A DNA stretch of 64,000 nt from an uncultured Coxiellaceae bacterium. GTDB taxonomy: Bacteria; Pseudomonadota; Gammaproteobacteria; DSM-16500. The DNA lies in NCBI GenBank assembly GCA_964623075.1, contig CAZUVD010000006.1, forward strand, positions 333 through 64,332, given 5' to 3'. The notes beneath the pieces were generated by a model, which ran no database searches, was not told the DNA's origin, and saw only the letters and a program-made list of their open reading frames with translations. Both the position numbers and the translations under genes were made by a program. This document shows positions 29,744 through 38,578 of the stretch, one piece after another. Position 1 is the first letter of the stretch. The number at the start of each line of letters is the position of its first letter.

Positions 29744-30841
29744 GTGAGCGAGCGTGCATTAGCAACAATCGAAAAAATCTTATCATTGGAGCCGATTGAA
29801 GGTGCTGATAAGATTGAACTTGCAAAGGTTCGTGGGTGGAATGTGGTGGTCCAGAAAGATCTTTATGAAGTAGGTGACCCGGTTATCTACTTTGAGATTG
29901 ATACAATGCTCCCACAGGATGATGAGAGGTTTGAATCTTTCATGTCTCGTGGTATTCGTACAGATTCAGAGGGTAGAACTGGTCACGTTGTGAAGACTAT
30001 CCGTTTGAAAGGACAGTATTCACAGGGTTTAGTAATGCCAATCCAAGAGTTTAGTTCTGATCTTTCTACTACTTTAACTGGACAAGATGTTACCAACGAT
30101 GTTGGCGTGTGGAAATGGGAACCACCTATCCCAGCACAGTTATCAGGTAAAGTACGTGGCGGTCTACCCGGTTGGGTTCGTAAGACTGACGCAGAGCGCA
30201 TCCAAAACTTTGAAGACTTCCTACCTTTGAACCCTGATGACTTCTACTGCACAGAGAAGATTGATGGTTCGTCAGCTACATTCACTCTTAAAGATGGCGA
30301 CTTCCATGTTTGTTCTCGTAACCTTGACTTGGAAGAGACTGAAGGTAATACTTTCTGGGAGATGGCAAAGAGATACAAGATCCGTGAGTTTCTAGAGTCA
30401 ATGCTGGAAGAGCAAACCAACAATACTTCTGATGATTACATTACTATTCAAGGCGAAATCTATGGTGAAGGTATCAACGGAAATCGTTTAAGTTTAAAGG
30501 GTCATTACTTTAGAGCATTCAATTTCGAACTAAATGGAAAGTTTGTTCCTCTAGAATATCTAGATCGTTCAGATCCTGTGGATACAGATGAAGACCTTGT
30601 TCACATTCCAGCGGTTCCACACCTTGGAGTAGGCTCAATGTACTACGAAGATGGTCCTTTAATCCCTGCCCCTCAGACAGTCTCAGAGGCACTTGAAGCA
30701 GTCGATGGTATGAAGTCCTTACTTGCTAAGGATCGGCTCTCAGAGGGCGTTGTGTGGCGTCGTAAGGACGGTGGAGATATCATTCCTGGTATCCGTTCAG
30801 TGAAGGCTATCTCAAACAAATATCTACTGAAAGAAAAATAA
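29744..30841 (+). CDS. RNA ligase, DRB0094 (Rnl2/Rnl5-like) family with N-terminal OB domain
   Basis: PIEGADKIE, YFEIDT, LKGQYSQGL, KTDAERIQN, motif I EKIDGSS, QGEIYG, EGVV and KAISNKYL. Confidence 0.9.
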   Translation: MSERALATIEKILSLEPIEGADKIELAKVRGWNVVVQKDLYEVGDPVIYFEIDTMLPQDDERFESFMSRGIRTDSEGRTGHVVKTIRLKGQYSQGLVMPIQEFSSDLSTTLTGQDVTNDVGVWKWEPPIPAQLSGKVRGGLPGWVRKTDAERIQNFEDFLPLNPDDFYCTEKIDGSSATFTLKDGDFHVCSRNLDLEETEGNTFWEMAKRYKIREFLESMLEEQTNNTSDDYITIQGEIYGEGINGNRLSLKGHYFRAFNFELNGKFVPLEYLDRSDPVDTDEDLVHIPAVPHLGVGSMYYEDGPLIPAPQTVSEALEAVDGMKSLLAKDRLSEGVVWRRKDGGDIIPGIRSVKAISNKYLLKEK

Positions 30842-30843
30842 AT

Positions 30844-31353
30844 ATGAACGTACTAGACGAGATGAAGGATTTGACTGTGGAAGAAATCAAGGAGATTGTC
30901 CAGGCTCAGACTATCCCAGCTACTATTGCTATGCATAATGTGTATGGTAATTTAAACCTGGGTTCGATTATCCGTACAGCAAACTTCCTTGGCTTTAGAG
31001 AGGTTCTTTATTTTGGTCGTCGTAAGTGGGATCGTCGTGGTGCGGTTGGTACATACAACTACACTGAGGTAACTTATTTCTCGGAAGAGGAAGAGTTCCT
31101 GGCAGAAATCACAGAACGTGGACTTAATCTGGTTGCATTGGAGAACAATGTAAGCTATACTACTCCGGTAGAGAAGTTTATCTGGCCTGACAATCCCTGC
31201 ATCCTTGTAGGAGAAGAGAACAGCGGCCTCTCAGAAGAGATTCTAGAGCGCTGTTATGGGACTGTGGAGATTGTAGGCAGAGGTTCTGTACGCTCTCTGA
31301 ACGTGTCTACTGCGGCAGCTATCGCAATGTATGAGCTAGCTAGGAGTATCTAA
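30844..31353 (+). CDS. SpoU/TrmH/TrmL-family RNA 2'-O-methyltransferase
   Basis: SPOUT motifs NLGSIIRTA, VGEENSGL and VRSLNVSTAAAIAMYE. Confidence 0.9.
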   Translation: MNVLDEMKDLTVEEIKEIVQAQTIPATIAMHNVYGNLNLGSIIRTANFLGFREVLYFGRRKWDRRGAVGTYNYTEVTYFSEEEEFLAEITERGLNLVALENNVSYTTPVEKFIWPDNPCILVGEENSGLSEEILERCYGTVEIVGRGSVRSLNVSTAAAIAMYELARSI

Positions 31354-31676
31354 TGTGGCCGATTTTATTAATCGCATGGGTCTTATTTGGATTGATTGTC
31401 CTGTGGTTCACTTATAACTGGATGGTCGAGAAGCATGGGAAACGAGCTTTCCACGGAAAGCTTGAATTTGGTGATGCTTTACCATTAATCTTCGCTTGCA
31501 TCTTTACGATTGTTAGCTCCGGTCTAGCATGGCCGTTGATGCTAGGTTGTTTTCTTGTTGCTGGTGGTGGAGCCAAAGGTATGGGTAAGCCTCATCCTAT
31601 TCGGGCCGTTAATAAGCCTATGAAATACATTGTTAAAGAAATTCAGAATCCAAGGAAGAATGTAAATGGAAACTAA
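31353..31676 (+). CDS. Two-helix membrane protein (WP family)
   Basis: Two hydrophobic segments, LAWPL motif, C-terminal NPRKNV. Confidence 0.7.
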   Translation: MWPILLIAWVLFGLIVLWFTYNWMVEKHGKRAFHGKLEFGDALPLIFACIFTIVSSGLAWPLMLGCFLVAGGGAKGMGKPHPIRAVNKPMKYIVKEIQNPRKNVNGN

Positions 31677-32256
31677 TGTAGTGTTAGCAACAGTCGTGAC
31701 GCTGTGGCTGAAAGAGAATATCCTTTGATGCCTCGTACAGAAAAACAAATGGAACGCATCAAACAGGAAAGAAGAAACAGTGAAGAACGTACTAGATCTA
31801 CAAGAAAAACTAATTGACTACTGTGCTCAGAAATCAAGTAGAGTAGTGCATCTAAAAGCACTAACCAAACTGGGTGTTCTTAACACTGATCAGACCTATG
31901 ATGAGTGTGCAAAGAAAATCACTGACTATCTAGATACAGAGTCCAATGGGGTTTGCACAGGAGGTAAAGAGAAAGCCTTAGTTGGGCTAGGTTTAACCGC
32001 TCCAAAACGTATTGGTGTAACACGTTACGTCATTGACGTGGAGTATGAGCTACAGGAAGCTTCTGGTCATTACGGCAATGACTGTGGTAATTCAGACTGT
32101 GGTACTGTAATTTCTGGTGGTCGATTTATGACTGATGCTATTCTTAAGACTACTTCTATCAACGGAAATAAGCCACTCAAAGCCCGAACAGTAGCATACC
32201 GTACAGATGTTGAGATGTCTGAGACATGGACACAGGATCTACTTAAGTAAGTGAGT

Positions 32257-32285
32257 TATCCTGAACATGATATAAAACTGTTCAT
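32257..32285 (+). ncRNA. Compact H-type pseudoknot between a stop codon and tRNA-Ile
   Basis: tatc-ctgaacat-gata-taaaac-tgttca; the stem covaries with the 2898 copy. Confidence 0.7.
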
Positions 32286-32288
32286 CAA

Positions 32289-32371
32289 GCCGTAGTGTGT
32301 GGCCGGTTGCCACAGCAGTTCTTATAAAACTGTCCCTTAATTGGAAGGTTCGACTCCTTACTGCGGTACCA
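32289..32371 (+). tRNA. tRNA-Ile (TAT), CCA encoded
   Basis: Acceptor gccgtag/ctgcggt then A-CCA; anticodon arm cagtt-ctTATaa-aactg; T loop ttcgact. Confidence 0.8.
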
Positions 32372-32782
32372 GTCTTTAAAGGAGAAGCATGAAAGCATTA
32401 AGATTACTAGAAATTGTCAGAGATTATGATTACCCTCATATCAATGAAGCGGTAGAAATTAAAACTCTCTACAATTGGAAACCATTAAATCTTTCCGAGG
32501 TTCAAGTTAAAACACTGCAATGGTTCCTATGTCTAGGAGTTGATAACTTTGAGATCCCAGACTTAAGAGAAGCCCAAGAACCAGGAGTCCAAATCGTTGA
32601 GATTAAGGGCAGGAAATATGAGCTAAGGGAGATTAAGTAATGTTAATAGGTATTATTATTGCAATTGTTATTGGTTTAGTATTGCTAGTGTTGAATCCGC
32701 TACTTGCTGTAGCCCTGGTTCTAGCCCTAGTAGTAGGATTTTGTGCAGGTGCTTTCCTGACAAGTAAAGATGAGGAAGTCGA

Positions 32783-33943
32783 ATGATTGTTTTAGGTGTA
32801 ATCGTTTATCTGTTAATCGGCCTAACTCTTTCTAGATTCACAGCGGCTTATTTCAATGAGAAGAATAAGTTAGCTAATAATGATCTTGAATGGAGTGATA
32901 ACTTTTTTACTGCAAGTCTAGTTATCCTCCTACCGCTTCTATGGCCCCTAACCCCACTACTCTTAGTTGGCAAGGGCTTGACTCTTGCTGGCTCTAAGGC
33001 TGATGGTCTTATTACCTACGCAGCTAAGGAACTTGCTAATCCAAAGGAGAATGTATGATCTGGGTAGCTGCATGTATTCTTGCAACGCTAATTGTAAGTT
33101 TACTATTCATAGCTGGAATAATCTTCTGGCTTGCTAGGAAAGATGATGTAGGTATTGTCTTCAATGCCGTTGGACTCTTTCTTTGCCTCGTAGCTGGTAC
33201 CGTTATTACCACTCATGTAAACAACCTTCAAGAGATTGAACAGATCACTAATCGTGAGAAGGTTGAGAACGTCGGCTTTAATTACCTTTTCAAAGGTGAC
33301 AAAGGTGATCAAGTCTGCCTCTATAGCGACGGCGATCAGTCCCTAGAAGAAACTGATGCCGCTGGTTACACTCAGCAAATCTACTGTGAGGATAAGCCAT
33401 GATTCTATTACTACTCATCCCATATGTCATCATTGGGATCTTTATTGCAACTTTCATTGCTACCTATCAGGAGAAGAAAAGGAAAAAAGACTGGACTGAG
33501 GAGTATGGAAACATCTTCGCAATCGTTTTAGTTGGAGCCTTTTGGCCGCTTCTCATCCTAACCGTTCCTGTCTTTGCTATGATTTACCTTGTAGGTCTTG
33601 TTGTGAAGGCTGCATCTTGGTGCTCTAATGAACTACTTGCTCCGAGGGAGAATGTATGACGTTCTTATTTGTTACTGTGTATTTGGTTGTCGCTTTGATA
33701 ACATCAACATTTTATTGGAGTTATTACAATTACAAATATCCAAACTTAGACTTCGATGGAACTTGGGGCAGCGCAGAGCACAAAGCGTTCTGGATGCCAA
33801 CCCTCTGTATCATCTGGCCTATTTGGATTCCGATATTAACCCTGTCAGGGATGTTATTGTTTATTTGCTACATTACTGATAAGCTAAATGCCATGTGGAC
33901 ATGGATTCTCAAAGAGAAGAATAATCCGAGGACTAACGTATGA
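32783..33943 (+). CDS. Array of four small membrane proteins (32783-33058, 33055-33402, 33399-33659, 33656-33943)
   Basis: Each has two hydrophobic helices; three share Y..I/V and WP motifs and a P+xNV C-terminus; ATGA coupling. Confidence 0.75.
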
Positions 33944-34496
33944 CGTATATTGATACCAACTCAACTGAAAAGATCATCAAGTCTCTTCGGGAAGACCTTG
34001 ACAGAGCCAGCAAGGACAAGGCGAGATTCAACACTGTCTTTGATGAAGATGATACATTCATTGCGCCACATCCTAAAAAGGCTGCAAAGACTGCTCTTAA
34101 GAATTCTCCTGTCAAGATTGAGCTAGTCTCTGATGAAGAGAAGGAAAAGATCCGCCAGGAAGCTCTTGCTATCTATGAGAAGATCAGTGCGGAATTAGAT
34201 GTGTACGAAGAGCCTAAATGGTCTAAGCCGAATAGCTGGTCATACTACTCAGCGAATGAGCTTTCTCGTGGTGATGGTCTACTCATTGATGGTGTGGTTT
34301 ATGTCTATTTGAAGAAACTTGCTTGGTGGAGAAATAAGACTGCTAATATCTTAATTGCTCAGCACCACAATCCTGATAGGCAACGACGTATCGGAGAACT
34401 TGATTTCGTGTATGGTTTCAAGGGGTATGTTATGCATCAGCAGATGGCGAGACTAGGAGTTGACCTGTGATGAGGCTCAGCAGACGAACAAACACC

Positions 34497-34526
34497 TTGA
34501 CATCGTGTCGCGGTGTATGATATAGT
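34497..34526 (+). promoter_or_regulatory. Housekeeping-sigma promoter
   Basis: TTGACA-N18-TATAGT with extended -10 TG, in an intergenic gap upstream of the ORF starting at 34558. Confidence 0.7.
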
Positions 34527-35289
34527 AACACAACAACGATTTAGAAAAGGAAAAGTAATGAACGTACAATTTACATCAGATGAAAAGACTGGCGTAACAA
34601 TCGCTACTTTAGAAGTAAAGGGTGTCCTTGGAGTCCCAGATCAGAGAGAAGAATTAGTTGATTTTATGACTTCTGGTTCTTCTCGTTGTATGGGGGAAGA
34701 TACACTGGATTTCGTAGTGGGCGACAAGCTTGCTCTAGGACGTGCCCTGGTGGCCGCAGGAGAGCAGCTAGAGCGGGAAGCATACGCTGTAGTCCATGAG
34801 CGTGATCGTGAGCGTGAGCGCCGTCTACGGGCCACTCAGGAGCTTGTGGAGCGTAAGAGAGCACACAGCTACAAATTCCAGTGCGAATTTGCTGAACTTA
34901 TCAATTTAAAGCTTGCAGAGGAAGCTTCTGCGGTAGTAGATGATACTGTACCAGATACTCGTTTCCAGACAACTGGTTCAGTTCTGCGTGATGCAGTGAA
35001 CTCCGGTAAAAAGAAAAAGGCTCGTAAAAAGGCCCATCAGATCAGAGAGGATTTACCAGCATGAGTAATTTTCTAGCAATCCTAGACGATGGTGATGTCC
35101 AGATGTTCGACACCAAGGTAGATGCGGATAATGCTGTTGCAGCTTCGGAGGGTGGTATGGGTCTTGTTGTTGAAGCTTTAAGACTCTTCACTATTGACGA
35201 AGAGAATGTAGAATCCGGCGTTAGTGTAGAAGTCTCACTAACAGATTAAATCTCATTAAGAGAAAAGAAAAAGGAAAAAGGAGAAATAA

Positions 35290-35472
35290 ATGGCAAGTAA
35301 AACTGTAGCGATTAACACTGAGCGTCTAGGTCGTCTAACCTATACTCAGTTCAATAAGCTAGTTAAGGCTCATGGCGGTAATCAGTCTGCTGCGGCCCGC
35401 GAATTGGGAGTGCTCCCAGGAACATTTAGAAAATGGGGAGAGCGTATTCGTGCCCAGCGTGAGCTAGTCTGA
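35290..35472 (+). CDS. Small HTH DNA-binding protein
   Basis: GGNQSAAARELGV...TFRKW (Fis-type HTH). Confidence 0.8.
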   Translation: MASKTVAINTERLGRLTYTQFNKLVKAHGGNQSAAARELGVLPGTFRKWGERIRAQRELV

Positions 35473-36108
35473 TATTGAATTGTGGGTGAGTGGTAGCGAC
35501 ACTTTAAACGAAGCATTGTGACCCCTAGAAATAGACATACAATAAGCGGCCCACAATTTAATTCTTAGGAGAAATTATGAGGATTTTGATCGGAAATGTC
35601 TTGGAGAAGAAAAAGTGAGCAGTCCACAGCGTAGAGTAAATATTGACCCTAAGCGATTTCGTCTAATCAGAGTAGAGGATGAGTCTGGGGTTTCGGGTAC
35701 TGGATATGTAGCCGCAGGAGTAATGTTTGATGACCGTTCAGCCGTAGTACATTGGAATACTACTATCTCATCTATCACCAGCTATCGTGACATTGATGAT
35801 GTTGTAGCGATTCATGGTCATGGTGGTAAGACTGAATTAGATTGGATTGACTCATGACTTTAGATGAACAATTAGATGCTTATGACAACCGATTAGAAAA
35901 TGAACGTGCCACTTCTGAGAGTGAATATGAACATTATCTTGAATGGTGCGAGGTTGAGAATTTAGATCCAGATTCAAATGAAGCTGAATCATACTTTGAG
36001 CAGTACCTAATAAATGCAGCAGCAGATTGGGCCGCAGAAAAAGCGGAACAGCGAGCAATGGATGATTACTACTTCGGTGGAGATTATTACTATGAATGAG
36101 GTAAATGA

Positions 36109-36471
36109 ATGAAACCTTATATCCACGGACAGCGTTCAGTAAAACGATGGGGTGGAGTCGAATCTGACTATCAGGATATCCATGATTTCTTAGATTCCTC
36201 TAAGGCTCACTTCCCAGATATGCGACATAGGGCTTTACTTCACAACAGCTTTGGTATATACATAACAGAGCGACTATTCGGAACGTATATAACAAACTCA
36301 GATGGTCGCAAGGTACAGGTAAGAGACATTGCAGAACAGCATGTCATAGAAGATATGGGACGTATTCCCACAGTGCAGGACTACCTTACAGAGATGCCAA
36401 TGTATGAATGGCTTGGTGGTCCGAAGCGTAAACTAACAACTTATTCAATGAAAGAAACGATGGTAGACTGA
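36109..36471 (+). CDS. DUF6915-like conserved phage protein
   Basis: P..H...SV++WGG...Y..IH.F.DSSK.H..D.RHRA.LH.SFG...AEQHV.ED.G.IPT pattern. Confidence 0.7.
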   Translation: MKPYIHGQRSVKRWGGVESDYQDIHDFLDSSKAHFPDMRHRALLHNSFGIYITERLFGTYITNSDGRKVQVRDIAEQHVIEDMGRIPTVQDYLTEMPMYEWLGGPKRKLTTYSMKETMVD

Positions 36472-37154
36472 TGTTTCTAGAATGTGGCTGTGAACGTCCT
36501 TTCATGGACGAACATGGTAAAGCTACTATGAGGATGTTTGACGGTATTAAAGGATTAAACTGTTTATGTCCAATCCACGGATGGACTCTACAAAAAACTA
36601 AAGGAAAATGATGGATATTTCAACAGTACAAGAAGATTTAGATAAGATTAAAGCCGACTACGATGCCAAAGTTGCAGAAATTCGTGAAGTCGGTTTGGTA
36701 AAGTTATTCGGTTCGTTCTTCGAATCAAACCCCGATATCAAAGCTGTTAGCTTTGTAGGATACATCCCAGGCTTCAATGACGGTGATCCTTGTGTATTCG
36801 GTTTAGGTGAAGTAAACTTTGCTGGACCCGATGCTACACTAGAGGAAATTCCTGACTATGAGGCTGACGATGATGAAGGATGGTTTACCACTCCTAGCGA
36901 GACTCATTACGTTAAAAATCCTAGCTACAAAGATAGAACCTATCAGGAGAGAAAAAGCAACCCTAATCCCAGACTGGATAACTACTATCTCAGAGATGCT
37001 AATGGCAAGACTGTCACAAAGCCTAATCCTCTTTACAGAGAAGATCTAACTGAGCTTACACAATTCATCAACAAGAACGAAGATCTTATGAACAAGCTAT
37101 TCGGGGATAATTTCAAAGTAATTATCACACCAGAAGAAATCCGTGTCGAGGAAT

Positions 37155-38072
37155 ATGATTGTGGATACTGAAGTAACAGTTGGAGCGGTAGTTGGCAGAT
37201 TTCAGGTAGATGAACTACATGAGGGTCATAAGACGCTTATCAGTAAAGCGTTAGAAGAAAATTATCTAGTTTCGATTATGCTAGGTATTGGACCTCTTCC
37301 AACTACTGCTCGTAAACCATTACCTTACGAAACAAGGATTCAAGTCATTAGAAACGCCTTTCCTACTAAAAGTGAAAGAATTTCATTCTTTCCCCTCTAT
37401 GATCATCCAGACGACAAAGTATGGTCTAAGAGCTTAGATGATACGATCAAAGAGTATCATGGTTCATGGAGTGTTAAGCTTTATCATGGACAAGATTCAT
37501 TTACTCTGGTCTACACTGGTGAATATCCAACCGTAGAAGTAGAACATGCAGACATTGGTAACAGTGGCACACTACATCGTAAATTTATTGCAGAGAATCC
37601 ATCTCATTCGCAAGAATTTGCAAAAGGTGTTATCTGGGCTAATCTCAACAAGTTCCCTACAGTATACGGTGTTGTGGATGTAGTTGCGTGGAATAGGCTG
37701 GTTCCAAACGAAGTATGTTTAATTACTAAAACCGGCAGATCAGGACTACAATTTCCAGGTGGATTTACCGAAATTTCCTCATCTTCTGATGAAGACGATG
37801 CTTTAAAAGAACTAAATGAAGAAACAGGCTTAGATAAAAATTTGGTTACCGAAATTCAGTATGCCGGTTCTCTTAATATACATGATTGGCGATACGTTGG
37901 TGAACCTGACATAATGAGAAGTAGAGTTTTTACTTGTATAGCTGAAGGCTCGCCTATCGGCGGCGACGATGCTGAAACAGCAGCTTGGTACAATTGGAGA
38001 AAATTGTCTTTTGAGGACTTTAACCCTTGTCATCGCCCAATAGTTCAATTACTTAAAGACTTAGGTTTATGA
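37155..38072 (+). CDS. nadM: Bifunctional NMN adenylyltransferase / Nudix ADP-ribose pyrophosphatase (NadM-Nudix)
   Basis: VGRFQ...HEGH, SGT..R, Nudix-like PGGF...KELNEETGL and GGDDA motifs. Confidence 0.88.
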   Translation: MIVDTEVTVGAVVGRFQVDELHEGHKTLISKALEENYLVSIMLGIGPLPTTARKPLPYETRIQVIRNAFPTKSERISFFPLYDHPDDKVWSKSLDDTIKEYHGSWSVKLYHGQDSFTLVYTGEYPTVEVEHADIGNSGTLHRKFIAENPSHSQEFAKGVIWANLNKFPTVYGVVDVVAWNRLVPNEVCLITKTGRSGLQFPGGFTEISSSSDEDDALKELNEETGLDKNLVTEIQYAGSLNIHDWRYVGEPDIMRSRVFTCIAEGSPIGGDDAETAAWYNWRKLSFEDFNPCHRPIVQLLKDLGL

Positions 38073-38578
38073 AAAAAGAGTTCTTTGATAAAGAATATAT
38101 TAAAACAAGAAGCATTGAAACTCCTGGTCCATTGGAAACTTCGTGCTGGATTTGGCAGCTTTTTATTAACCCAATTACAGGTTATGGAGTAGCTGGAACA
38201 ACCAAGAGGTTAGATTTAGAAAATTCTGCCCATAGGCTGTCTTATCAAATTTTCTATGGCGAGATAGAAGAGCATATGTATATATGCCATAAATGCGACA
38301 ACCCAAGCTGTGTTAATCCAGATCATTTATTTATGGCATCTTCCTCTGTCAATCGTCAAGATATGATTAGCAAAGATAGACAGAATTGGGCATATGGTGA
38401 AAGATCTAATTCGGCAAAATTGACTCAGGAAGAAGTATTAGAAATTCGCAGAAGGTGGAACGAAGAATACTATAGAGGTATAGGCAAAGACCTTGCTGAA
38501 GAATACGGTGTAACTTCTCAAACAATTTATAAAATTAAAGATGGTAACAGATGGAGACATTTAAATGACAACGAATAA
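38069..38578 (+). CDS. HNH endonuclease inserted between nadM and nampt
   Basis: CWIW, AHRLSY and ICHKCDNPSCVNPDHL motifs; C-terminal HTH. Confidence 0.9.
   Translation: MKKEFFDKEYIKTRSIETPGPLETSCWIWQLFINPITGYGVAGTTKRLDLENSAHRLSYQIFYGEIEEHMYICHKCDNPSCVNPDHLFMASSSVNRQDMISKDRQNWAYGERSNSAKLTQEEVLEIRRRWNEEYYRGIGKDLAEEYGVTSQTIYKIKDGNRWRHLNDNE

Noticed and set aside
38069-38578. Group I intron-encoded HNH
   Set aside because: The ORF overlaps intact flanking genes at both ends, leaving no room for an intron core
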